Shown here: piece by piece, positions 25,901-38,600 of the stretch | How the letters are laid out: each line of letters begins with the position of its first letter | How positions within the stretch are numbered: position 1 is the first letter of the stretch | Assembly: GCA_000708835.1 (NCBI GenBank) | Contig: DF237019.1 | Coordinates: 124,001-188,000, forward strand | Direction: 5' to 3' | DNA from: Klebsormidium nitens | Lineage: Eukaryota > Plantae > Klebsormidiophyceae | DNA length: 64,000 nucleotides | Program-made: the position numbers and the translations under genes | The notes under the pieces: model-generated | Told to the model about the DNA's origin: nothing | Seen by the model: only the letters and a program-made list of their open reading frames with translations | Database searches by the model: none

Positions 25901-26711
25901 TGTCCTCATTCTGGTTCATGGAGACCGATGGATGATTGTAGAAGACCAGGAACTGCATAATGGAAAGCACAATCAGAATCTTTCAACATGAGAGTTCACT
26001 TGGAGCATTGATTGCGAGTTGAGCCGCCGGATGCCAGGTGACCTGTTTGGCAAAAGTTCCATGTGAGTCATGGCAGCTCAGAAGAGAATGTGCCGTTGAG
26101 ATGACCAGAGTGAAGTAAGATGATGGCACGTCAGGAGGTAGTGGTTCTTAATGGATGCAGCCACTTTAGATTGCATGAATGGATTCCAGCAACAATGAAG
26201 CTGTGGATGCCAAAGTCAAGTGTCAGCCTGCGTTGAAGCTTTCTATGCAAATAGACAATAGGTGCAAAATTTCTCCACTTGAGGTAGAACTTAAGAGACT
26301 GCAAGAATGCATTCAGTAGGTGGTAAACGACCTCATTGGCCAAATTGCAACGAATCACCACGCTGAAAGCTGACCTGTAGGGATTGCTCGTAATGAGTTC
26401 TTTGAAATTGTTGTGCTGGTCTTTCTGGAATCTGCACAAATGACAGGACTCAACCACTAGGCTGACAGACTCAACGGTTGCTACTTTGCACAAACACGTC
26501 ACTGCATGTCTGATCGATAACTTACCGCTGAGAAAAGATATATCGAATATATCAGGAAGATGACAAGCAGAAAACCTGCAAAGTACAACCCCGCGCCGCC
26601 CCTACTCCTGCGGCTCCTTTTGTCATTTCGAAGATCCATAGTAGATGCTGCAGGATCATGAGCTGCTTTGTCTTCAGTCTGTTCTGAGGACATAGCGCCG
26701 ACGGAAGTCAT
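22954..26711 (-). CDS. Two-transmembrane protein (about 490 aa) with a large extracellular loop; PAC(TMEM206)/DEG-ENaC-like channel candidate
   Basis: Exons 26711-26526, 25952-25759, 25409-25094 (approximate end), 24348-24061 and 23439-22954 join in frame. TM1 is GLYFAGFLLVIFLIYSIYLFSAFLVF, followed by NHPSVSMNQNEDSEFRAPVISAC. TM2 is TVDIISNIGGAWNFVPLAYWVAAILFG. Several N-x-S/T sites lie in the loop. Confidence 0.65.
24382..24550. mobile_element. About 169-bp MITE-like element in an intron, with about 28-bp TIRs and a degenerate 9-bp TSD
   Basis: aaagatgataataagccgagataatgata (24384-) matches the reverse complement of tatcatatcttggcgtattatcatcttt (-24549). Flanks are ttgaactca and ttgatctaa (7/9 match). 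There is an internal 11-bp hairpin gtaaccgcacc/ggtgcggttac. Confidence 0.65.
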
Positions 26712-28718
26712 GCTTGCAGGATAATGCTGCTTTTGCTCTGCAGAAATACCCCCGTCTGCAGGCTGGCTGCACAAACAGGGAAGTCGTCGCGGCCCCGCCA
26801 GGCTTCACGTCCGCGGGCTCTTGTAGTCACAGGCTGTTGAGCTGCCAATGCCAGCTTGGCCGTCGCCATTGACTGCCATGATTGCTGCGGCCGCTGCAGA
26901 AAGCTTTGCAGAGTTGCACCTTTGAAAATCAGTGACGGCAAGGGGGGACCCCCTGGGTTCAAGAAAGCAATCGACAAGCACAGGAAGCATCCCGCTGACG
27001 GCCGAAACTTCAAAAAGCGGTACCTAGAAGCCACGAACTACAGGATCCTGGAATCCTAGAAGAGTTACAGCTTCGAATTGCCCCCCGCGAATTGCAAGCT
27101 TCGAATTGCAAGGACTCAGGCCGTGCGGTACGGTAGTCGCCGTTAGGTCGCCGAGTCGCAAGCCGCAGTAACTTCATAACGACCGTACTTGGACGTCGGG
27201 TACCGGTAGGTCACTGCGGTTTTGTGCAGTGCACTGGTATCACAGGTGGGGTGGGGTCCCCGGTCCACCGTCGGCCACTCACATGCAAACGAAACACGAG
27301 CGCTAGGTATAGCTATTACTTCGTTTTTCAGGCTCAGCCAATCACATTACCGGTGCCTACCTAGGTACGGTATTACCGGTAGGTAAAGAGAAGAGAAACA
27401 GAAAGAGGCCACCGACGTCTTGAAAAGCGCCCGTACACAATCAAGCCATAAATTCAGGCACGCAACATGCTGCAGGACGCTCGATTGTTCTTATCGGACG
27501 GTCGAAACAGCACGGATCTGCTATGATGGCTTAACGTCATCTCCCGTACAGACTCTACTCTGAGCCCCTTCCTTTGCGTGACACGCGGCCCAGTGAAACG
27601 GAGGATTTCTCTTCATATAGTGATGAGATGCATGACGGACTATTAGATTTAGGAATGATAAGAGGCGGGCATGAAAAGCTCCAACTATTATGACTAAAAC
27701 CCTAACCCAACAATCTACCTGCTCCATACCCGTACCCACCCTAACCCCCAAACTAATCCCACCCGTCCCAGGCTGGCGAGCTTATTATACATGCCGCTTA
27801 TTATCTTTATGGCGGAGCCAATATCTCGCACTTCATTTTGGCTCGAATGCCACGTGACTTGATGCCCGCTCTGCCCGGTACTATCCCCTGCCGGGCCATA
27901 TGATCCCATATCTCGCTGTCGCGACTGGCGGGCACTATCCGGATCACCGGGCACCTTGCCGAGAGGATGGCCAGATAACTGGCATATGGTATTAAGTTGG
28001 TTCCCTGCCAAATGGCCGAGCGGAAACATCGGGCGAGCACTATTAAATCCTAAATTAGGTAGTCCAGAGTTCACCAACGGGGCGTTGCCGGATGGTCAAA
28101 TGGTACGGACGCTACGGCGTTGACGCCGCGACTTCCCACTCCGCACTGCCGCAACTCGGCCTCGCCCGGCGGCCACAGTCAGTGCACGTCAGAACAATAT
28201 TCGCACACCCTGTCACTGCTGCAGTGTGCACTGTGCCAGTGGCAGTGGCTCTACTCACTGCTCTTGCAATGCTTCTTGCGCTGAGTCCTCGACTGCGAAG
28301 CGGCGACGGACCTGGTTACCCTGTCTTGGTACATGCCATTTGGCAGTACGAGGTTGCTCTCCCCTGTCTAGGAAGACCATAGTCACGAGTCTGAGAAGTG
28401 CAGCCTAAAACCAGCAGCTCGCGAGTGGGCAGTTGCCACCACTTCTTCGACTTCGCTTTTGAGCTGAATAAGTCGATCTAACACGGAGGCTCTGAAGTTG
28501 TGAAAGACGGGAGGAGAGGCTCTAACACCGAGATACCGAGCTGTTTCAGTGTCATGTCGAAAGGCGGACCTCAGATTTTGGCTCTTTAATCCTCTTGCCG
28601 GTGAAAGGCGCAGCAACGCGTACGTGTTCCGTGAGCTCCCAGATCGCCCCTCTTGGGTGCTCATTCGCAGCAGAAGCGACAGAAAACGAATAAAGCTATT
28701 GGACACGTACTGGCAGGA

Positions 28719-31356
28719 ATGGCTTTCCAGCCCCTCTATTGGCGCTGCATTTGCGCCCTTCTCGGGAACCTCCTGCTTAACGTATGTCTTCTGTCTTTTA
28801 TTCGGCCAATCAGTGCAGGAGCTGAAGGGTCCCGCTTGACGCGTCAGATTGGCTCAGCTTGTAACCTGAACGACGTCAATAATGCAGTCTCTTTATCGAG
28901 CCTCCCAGCCGGTCTCTGGTACTACAACATCAGTCACCCAAGCACTAATGGCTTGTGCAAGGAAGAACCAAATGCGGGTCACTCTCTTTGTGGAGTGATT
29001 GGCGCCCGTGTCTGTGAAAAGAGCAAGCAAGCAGCTTGTGCAGACCCAGCGACAAAGCCGCTGCATTCACGGGCGGATCTTGTGCTACAGAAGACACAGA
29101 TGTGCAAGGCAGCACGTGTGTTTGCTGTAACCCTGGGCAGCGATTGTAACCTGATTGTGGACTGTGAGTATGTGGACGCAAGTCGGCTGTCGACAAGGAT
29201 CCTTGTGGAAAATTCCTACTACAGTAAGCCTCCGACTGACAGCCCGAGTGCTCAGCCTGAGGCAAACCTCCTGCCAAAGGCAGGTGACGTCGTGCTGACG
29301 TCAGCATACGCGGTGGGCATCGTCAAATACGTCTGCAGCCAAGGTGGGTCTGCTCGCCCTGCACTTCTTATTCAGACTCTATCTTTTGTCGGCCGCGGGC
29401 ACTTGAAAGAACTCTGCTGCCAGTAAGTCTGGTTGCGAGGCAATTCATGCAATCAGCATGGCCCCTTGTGGCACAGCAACGAGCTGCTACACAGCTGCAA
29501 ACAAGACCCCTTTTGAAATGCACATGGCAGATGACTAGAACATCATGATTGTGGATATATAAAGATAAGTGAAGTTCATAAGCTAGGGTGGGAATTAGTA
29601 GAGCTTTGGCCGTCTCACTTCCTGCATTTGATCTCCTTTAAGACCCTTCTGAAGCTCAGATATCAATCATACTGAGAATGGAGCTATATCAAGCTTTAGT
29701 ATTTATAGGGTCTGAGCTTCTCGCAAATCTTCTCACAGGAACATTTGACAGATAGAAAGATAGTGGATTGGACTGAGTGATGGGATGATCTTCTGGACTA
29801 ACCTGGAATAAATGTATTTCCAACTCACATCATTTGAACCGTTTTAATCAGTTCTTGTTCTAGCTTCATACATGACTCTGATGTTGTGTATGGAACTGCA
29901 AGGACGCTCAACATGGTCTCAACATCAGGTCTTGCCTCCAAGATATAGCAACTTGACGGCGGAAGTACCTCGCAGGGCAGTAGTCGGAAAAGAAACACTC
30001 AGTGAATCGCTGATTATCTCCTGTTTCAAGTCAGTCAAACTATCCATCTGTAGCAGCCGAATCTGCAGATTCTATCCCAAGCTCATACTTGTGCACACGA
30101 AATCATCATCTGGACCTTATCAACGAATGCAGCAGTAAGCGCTCCAGGTATCCTCAAGAAACTCTCGTCCGACTACCAAGAATCTTGAGCTAGACTGAGT
30201 GCGAGCTCCTTACAAGCTGATTATAATGTGTTATGCTCCTTTCAGGTAGCCAGTCCCCCAGCAATGTTTCATCTGCCGCTGACCTTTACTCCAATGATCC
30301 AACATACAACCGAGTGGGCACGTATCTCAGCACAAATGAAAGCCAGTATTTCCTCTTCAACTCAAGCGGACCTTTCGCAACTAGTACCTTCAATGCCACG
30401 GCAACCATAAACTCAACCAGAGCGACAGGGAAGGTGTATCCGTCTTCGGATCTGGATGGTAAGCAAAGTCCGGCAACGACATTGGCACGTCATCTACGCT
30501 CCGTGAAGACTTAATGTATCTGTCTGACGGAGAAAGAGGGATATCAGGGCTTTTCGTGGTCATTAGAGCAGCAATTGCCGACAACCAGCTTATGGGCGCA
30601 AGAAGGCATTTCATTTTCCTGTTTTGTTTCCGATGCCCCACTTTCGCATACTTCCGCAAAAGATTGACCATAAAGGTGCGTCAAAAGTTCCTATCTGAGT
30701 AGACCTTAAGCATTGAATATCTTGAGCACCAGCGGTCAATTACTACTCCTGCCACGTTTGCTTTCAGCCAGATCCCTGACTTGATTCGGATTCGGGTTTT
30801 CTAACGATCTGGTGCAAAAACTTCCCGATCCCGATTTCTGTGCTCTGGGGTCGAGCACGCGTCGAGCTTGCACCGACTCTGCTTGCGTCTGGTGTTTGAC
30901 TACTGCTCACTTGGCCGACAACTCGGAACTAGTTTTGATCTATGTTTGATGCAATCATCGCCCACGTGAATTCCAGACCTGCATCCGTCTTCGGATCTGT
31001 CTTCACAGCACTGCTCTCTAGCTGTCCCTAGCAAACTTTTGAGCGAAAGCAAATGCAAGTTCTGTCTGCTATCCTACGGAACAGACATAAATCTTCCGTT
31101 CAATGATTCTTGTTTTTGTTTTTTATTGCCCTCAGGTCCTTACTATGGTTCCCTAGACCAGAGTTACTCAACGGCTACCGGCACGCTGGGTTTAGCTTCG
31201 GTGAGATATATCACGACGACGTCGACTTATGGCGGCCTCCTTCCCCCGTACACCACGTGCGCAAAGCTGCCCATTCCGGGTGTGGTTCAAGCGCCATTCA
31301 GCGTCCCGTTTCAGGCAAACTTCACGTTCTTCAGTGCATACACACCTCCTATCTGA
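28719..31356 (+). CDS. Secreted protein: Cys-rich N-terminal region plus DUF3455-like domain
   Basis: Exons 28719-29343, 30246-30458 and 31136-31356. Signal-like N-terminus. VVLTSAYAVGIVKYVC and RYITTTSTYGGLLPPYTTC...FSVPFQANFTFF resemble DUF3455 motifs (G.Q.Y.C; YIQR.NT.GG.AP..C; VPY.A.Y.FY). Confidence 0.65.
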
Positions 31357-32689
31357 GCGAACTACTTTGATCTAGCACATCTCAGCTTTCGCTCTCACCC
31401 ACGTGGATTCAAGACGTACTGAGGACCAGCTCTTTCTAGCTTCTCGGTTCCATTGGCTGCTAACCGTCCTATTGGCTGATCGACTGTTACGTGACGGTTA
31501 TCGTAGTTGAAGTTGGTTTTGGATATGGGCCGGTTGAATTGAAACAGAGGAATAACCTTGCACGAGCTCGCAGTCGATCGAAGGCGTGAAGGTACGTACG
31601 GCACCTGCTACCGTAGTACGGGCCCGGGGCAACAGATGCAGTGAGCTTGCATGTGGTGTGACACGTACAGCTGACTCATTGCGATCAGACCGTCGGTGTA
31701 TACTTTGGAAGTTTGTCATGGTTGCAGCCATGCACTGCCACGCCATACAGCGAAATTGTAACTACCTTGTGAATATCATTATAACTCTGTAGACTGTGAG
31801 TAAGCTAACCATCAGTAATATCAACGATCGTTTCTGCTTCCGAGCGAACCTCAAACGAGTTGCGTGTCAACAGCTTGCGCATGTGCACCGGATGCGCCGC
31901 CTCAAAGGCGCGGCCGGGCGGCCTCACAATCTACTCGAAAGACTTGCACGAAAGGTGATAGCTTGGTGCATGAATTTTGGAAGATAGGGCCGGCACAATG
32001 ACAGCCTTAAATGCATGCAAGATCTTAGCGGCACACTCACTACAAAAAGTTCAGCGAGATCTACAATGATTGTCCAACCTTTTTCCTGAGCTGGCCCGTC
32101 ACTAGCGGTATCGACTTGCAAGTGTGCAAACCTTCAACCTACATGGCTACTAACCCTATACGAAAATCCAGAACCAGACACTAGAGCCGTTACCAAATGT
32201 GTAGTATGTCCTGCTTAAGCCTTGGGCGACTCAAAACAGCTTACCTAGCTGTAGATTTGACGTTGCAATTATATTGCATTCCACTGCACCACTAGACCGT
32301 TTAACCACCACTGCGGCAGTATCTTGTTGACTGTCTGCAACTGAATCCAAGATATTTCAACTCAGCAATATCACAGCCCTTAGTCAGTACACCGATATGT
32401 GGAATCCACCATGACGGCCCCCATAATAAATGCAGGGCGCCTATCTAGTCCTCAACCGTTGCCTGTATAAACCTTAGTAAGGCGCACCAACCCAGCAACG
32501 CTTCTTTCCCTGTCCCCAACAATCGAAGCCACGCCTGTCCCCTACGAGCTAACGTTCTACAAAAAAAGCCGCCCTAAAAATGCAAACACAATCTACGCCC
32601 CTCAGGCCGCTAGCCTGAGGGAACTCAAGCTAACCCAATCCCGTAACCCCACCCCAGGGACCTTCGCAAATTATCAGCTTATGCTTCCC

Positions 32690-35600
32690 CTACCCCAACG
32701 GCACCTTCGACGAATCCAGGAACGCCACGATCGCCTCCACAATCTCCTGGTTCCGATAATACGTGGCATGCGTCAGCTGCCACTGGTTGCGGATCTCCCA
32801 GAAGCGCGCCTCGACGACGCAGCACAGGGAGCGCAGGTCGCGCGCGAACTGCGCGCTCGTCAGCCGCGGGTTGTGGTCCAGGCTCGGCAGCTGCCCGCGG
32901 AGCTTGTTGTACATCGGCGACGAATCGGAGCGCGCGATTAGCTCCGCGTCGTCCCACAGAAACGAGTACGCGCTCGCGGCGGACGACGGAACTCCGTTCA
33001 TTCCGTTCGATCCCTCGGGCGCCGCGGCTCCGCCGCTGCGGAGATTTGTCCCGGATGCGAACTCGGAGCCGTCGAAACTCCCGCCGGTCCCGACGGGCGT
33101 TTCGCGGAAGCTGCCGCTCGAATCGACACTGACACTTTCAGACACGGCGCGTTGCAAGGAAGTCCGGCCAAAAGGTTTCCCGTCGTCAAGCGCCTCCCCC
33201 TTTGTTCCGGCCGGAATCCGCTCATTGCAATTTCCGTTTCCCTCCGGCTGCTCGCGCGCAAAATCCTCGACCCAAGTGCGCGCGAGCCCGCGCTCCTCCG
33301 CCTGCGCCAATAGCCGCCGCACGTCCCACGTGTGGATGTTCCGGGGGGATCCCCCGAGCTCCAGCGTCTCCTCCACGAAGATGCGCGCGTTCTTCAGGTT
33401 CGCCGTGTCGAGCCCGAACGCGAGCCCCATCAAAACAGACCGGATCGTGTTGAACGTGTTGCGCACGACAATCTTGCTGATCAGCCAGAAGATGATGCGC
33501 GGGAAGAGGAGAACTAGGTTGAGCACAACCGCGCGGAAGAGCGCCATGTAGAAGAAGGCGCGCGCGCGCGGAGGAGCGTGCGCGGCCGGGCGCCGGGGGA
33601 GCGCGACGAAGCCCGCGCGCGCGGTGGCGCGGCGAACTAGGGGCAGGAGAAAAGCGCGCGCGGCCGGCTCGGCGGAGAGCGCGAGGGCGGCCTCGTCCAG
33701 CTTGCCGGCCTGGATGACCAGCGCGTGCTGGGCGGGGGACCACGGGACCTGGCGGGGAACAAACGACTGACTCAGAAACTGCTTTGATCTGGTTCGGTTG
33801 CTTTTGGGGACCATGGGACCTGGCAAGAAGGACAGGATACATTTCGTCCTATTTCAGCTTGCCCCAAGACTGCGTTCGAAGTGTCCTTTAGCTTCGACGC
33901 AGATTGCACGGCACCACAGGACCTAGCAGTGAGGAAACAAATTGAGATTGATCTGTGCTGAGACTGCTCTTAGCATTCTCGAACGGCTTCTGCCTTGTTA
34001 GTCCCTGCTGTTCCATCGGGCTTCGCTGAATGAGCATCGGGCCTGTTGCAAACATCTGCAGAACCTGTCCGCTTTTCTTTCAGAACCCTCTCGGAGCATT
34101 TTAAGACTTCTCCAGTGATCCGTTCAACCTTGAACGACTCTTCTCTTGTACATCCACATGCCTACTTCTGGGAAGCGGCACAGCTTGAGATGCTTTTTCA
34201 ATTCCTCTTCTTATGCATGCTTTCTGATTGCCGGAAAGCAGCCATCGAAGGCTAAGCTGTACACTGAGTCGCATTTATTGACCAGCTGTTGTAGCACGTG
34301 GCGGGACTGCCGCAAAAAAATTGCATCTACAGTAGGATCTTCTTAAGTCGCCAAAATGTGACATCATGCCGTTTTCATCGAAGCATCAGTTCAATCAGCG
34401 GAGCCCTTCAGCTCCACCACGAAGCGAATTGCCACAGGAAGGAAGTACCGAACAGAAGGGACGGAGTCGGAAGAACCCTAAAACGCGACGCGCCAATATC
34501 TCAGGTATATAAAAGAATACAATCCATACGTTGTCAGCGTGATAGATGTCGCGGCTTTGGAATCCCGTCTGGTCGCGACGCTCATCAACTCCGTATGAAA
34601 GAGGAGCACTCACAATCTCAAAGATCTCGAAGAATTGCATCTTTAGCACAGACGCTTACCGTATTCGAGTGGTACATGTTGCCACTCCGAAACATCGTCC
34701 GGTCCGCAAAGCCCATCAGCTCCGCGAAGAAGAGCAGCGCCGTGAGCCCGACCGCGAGAAACATGATCACGTTGTCGTCCGTCTCGAACGCGCAGACGCC
34801 CGCCCAGATGTACACGGCGAGCCACGTCAGGGCGAAGCCGAGAACTAGAGAGACGAGGAACGAGAGGAGGATGCGCAGAACCGCCCACGAGACCCACTGC
34901 TTGCAGTAGAAGGGCGTGCCCAGGAAGACGGTCTTGCCGAGCGCGTTGGAGATGGGGCTCGTCATGCGCCTGCGGAGAGGGAACGGGATGGCGTCAGCAG
35001 CTTGTCTCACTTAAGGGAAATGGAAAGGGAACTTTTCCCGAGCACGTTGGAAATAGGGCTCGTCATGCGCCTGCAGAGAGGGGCGAGCGGGATGACGTCA
35101 GCGATTTAGGCGGGGTCACGCAAAAGGGGGGGGGTCTCACCACCTCAAGTTCTCAATTTGGATCCACTTTTGAAAAGGGTGCAATTCGCAGAGGCGTCAA
35201 CGAGAGCAGCGGTAATGCAAAGCGCGTTAAATATGGGGTCGTCGTGCCCCTGCAGAGAGGGGACGGGATGACGTCAGCAATTCGGGCGGGTTTACGTGAA
35301 GGGGAGGGGGGATCTCACTACTTTGCGTCTCAAGTTCTTGAGCGCGTTGGAGATGGGGCTCGTCATTCACCTGCAGAGAAGGGGCGGATGACGTCAGCAA
35401 TATGGAGGGGTTCTGCGAAGGGGAGGGGAAACTTCACCACTTTGCGTCATGAGCGCGTTGGGGATGGGGCTCGTCAGCGCCTGCGGAGAGGGAAAAGTAA
35501 CGTCAGCAACTTGTCGGAATCATGCTAACCGGAGGGGAGAAATCACTGCTCTGATCTCTCGAGCGCGTTGGAGATGGGGCTTATGTCACGCCTGCGGAGA

Positions 35601-38600
35601 GGGGGAGTGCGGGAGTAACATCAGCAGTTTCGCCCAGCTTATGCGGAGGAGGAGGGTTGAGACAACAGCGGTACGGTTGGGGATTACACCAAGGGAGGGG
35701 GGTGGAGACGACCGGAAACCTAGTTGGGGTTCTTTCAAGAAAAGGGGGTAAGACCTCACTGTGGTTGGGCTTATCTGCACAGCAGAGTGTCGTTGCCCAA
35801 CGGTGGTGCGTCAAATCGGCTTCCTAGACAAGAGGTTGCCACGCCTGATAGAGGTCTGGTCTGGCCCCATATGTGAATCAACGGAGTGGAATCATTCTTG
35901 GGATCCGAATTCGCCTCCTGACCGATCCCCCCCTCTAGGCTTGCTGACCGGCCGCCAGAGGGGGTTACAAACGGACATCTGGTTTCGACTTTCGGGGTTT
36001 CAGAGCCCTACACTCTGATAGAGACATCCAAAGTGACGGTTCAGAACAACCAACATTTCTAGCAGCATTGTTTCGATTAAGCACACAACATTGAGGCAGT
36101 AAGTAAGGGTAAGTGGGGCAAGAGGCACATAGTAGCCGAACTTTTTCCGAACCGATGAAACGACGGCGCACGTGGTAGGTACCGCGGGAAACTTCGCACG
36201 CTCGATGCGATAGATGGTACATACTTCACGGTACGTATTTCCCCCGAGGCAAATTAGCTCCCGGGAATGCCAACAAACACTAAACCTAAGCTACCTTGAC
36301 GCGAGACCCTAACCCACACCCTAAGGCGTTCCGCAGGCGACCTACCCCCACCCACCCTAACCCCCCGACCTAACCCCACCAAAGTCACTCGGTTGCTCGG
36401 ATTGCTGGTGGCTCTGGCGTCGACAGTCATACGGTTCGGAAGAAGTTCGGCTACTCTGTCCGTTTTGCGTAAGTGGGTGGGTTTAAGATGATTAAGCTCG
36501 CCTGTTACAGAGGTACAGAGTTTTCCTCCGCCTCCCTAGATTCAGAAGGGCGTCAACAGACCGGAAGTATCCCCAGGGGTAGAGCTCGGACCGATCCTTC
36601 CCTGCGGTCGGCAGCTCTCCTGCGGGTGGCAACAAAGAGATTGCCTTAAGCATGATTTGCCGATGCTTTCTCTGAGTTTAACACCTTGTCGAGTTGCTCA
36701 CACAGTGTGCTCGTTCACATTTGATTGATTCTTGTCAAGCATCCGCCAGAAGTGGCCAGCAATGGCCCTTGCGAGCAGAGTGGAGATTCAGCTGAAACAA
36801 GCTGACACACCGGCGACCAAGCACATCCTGCTATGCGCTTCCTGATAAGCTTCCAGAAGGCATCAGCCCGCCCTGTCAAGCAAGTGCTCTCTTCAGGACT
36901 TTGAATGGACTGATGAAACTTCTTCCAACAGGATGGACCAAGACTACGATTATGCTAGGGATTTTGCAACCGTGAAACGGTCAGCTGCAAGTTATCACAC
37001 GCTTCTGGTGTCATGGTCAGGGATGCCAGCTGTTAAAATTCGGCGTTGCATGAATTGTCTGATCAAGACTAAGACCTGCAATACAATCGAAAGGAGCTCT
37101 GTCGAGTACCACTAGGACCAACATATACTGCTGCGTGTGACTTGAAAAATATGCCACCGCTTGGCATGACGACCTCAAATCGAAGACACGAACGATCGCC
37201 ATACTCCATAATCACGGGAGGCTACCGACTTCTGTCCCTTGGGCACGAAAAGCGGTTCCCACCTTTCTGTCCCCTCCAAACAACTAGGAAGGGGAGCCCG
37301 CGCATCCACCAGGGCACGCCGTCGACCTTTCGCCAGCGCGCGATCTCGTCCGCCTGCGCCTGGTGCACCGTCTGAAAGCGCTCGCGGACGGCGTCCGGCC
37401 AGTCCTCCTCGGCGCTCCGCGGCTCCAACTTCTGGACGTACTGCTCGATCGCCTGTGGGCAGAATGCTCATACGTTTGGAATGTCAAGTAATTGAAGCGG
37501 TGCAAAGAAACATCCGGCCAGTCCTCCCTCGGCGCTCCGCGTCTCCAGCTTCTGGACGTACTGCTCGATCGCTTGAGAGCAAATTGAGAGTGGGTTGACA
37601 TGACAAGGAATGACACCCAAGCAGTCCAAGGAAACAAACGGCCAGTCCACCTCGGTGATCTTCAACTCCGGCTTCTGCGAGTACCAATTGATTGCCTGAC
37701 AGCACAGGACAGCGATTGTAAAGGTGGCTTAAGGCAAGACGAAGCGTCTGAGAGAGGACTTGACTTGTGAAGGCTACTGGAGAGTGTGTCAACCTCCCGT
37801 TGCTTTTTGAACACATTGAAAGGATTAACCTCCAAACCCACAGCGGGTGCCCCCTTCCCTGCCATGTTACTTTTGTCTTTTCGAGACAAGATCCAGAGAA
37901 ACGACTGAGTGAGAGTTCGGCCAACCTTTTCCCAATGTCTGGTGATCAAGGAAAGCCCAATACACTCACCTTGAGTGCCACGTTTCCGCCATGTGAGTGG
38001 GCAACCAGATGGATGCGCGCCGACGGGTCCCTGTTTGCGATGTGGCGGATCAACTTGGCCAGCTGCCAAGCGCCTGCAGACAACGAGACCCGAAGAGTTA
38101 ACGCTCGGTAAAGGATGACTCACATTCCAACCGAGTGTATGCTGAATAATATGCTTGCACAGAACTCTGTCCACAAAGGTTGAGGGCGTCAAGTCCATTC
38201 TGAATATCTGGAAAGAAAACAAATCCATGATATCTCTTTCCTGGACAAGCATCTTGAGCAGCTTTACACGGGTTAGCAATTGGGGTAGCTAGGCGGGTTG
38301 GTAGTTTCTTCAACCACCAGGAAAGATCTAACGTGGTTGAAGGATCATATTTTCACTTCTCATTTTTCAATACCAACAACAATATTAAGACTGCACTGAC
38401 TTTTTGACCAAAGCCGGCTAACAGATCTCCGGTCTGGTTCAAGAGTGGACCTATTGTTATCTGGAAATGTTGCTATATGCTCGATTCAACCTGCCATAAG
38501 CGCCCAGTATTGACAGCGTCATCATGGGCCGTAACCAAGGGGATCCCCTCACATTCTTCTAGGTGTTGGCAGACGAAAAATGGCTTTACTAATTAGTGCC

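Noticed and set aside
27637-28064. Possible TIR pair ggactattagatttagga / tcctaaattaggtagtcc
   Set aside because: Only 14/18 identity and no target-site duplication; insufficient to call an element.
32763-33842. Overlapping ORFs 32763-33551(+) and 33222-33842(-)
   Set aside because: Alternative frames of the GC-rich last hydrolase exon.
34940-35620. Repeat-spacer look of the six-unit array (CRISPR-like)
   Set aside because: Units are diverged, spacers are related to each other, the core equals the host exon boundary, the context is eukaryotic and there are no cas genes.
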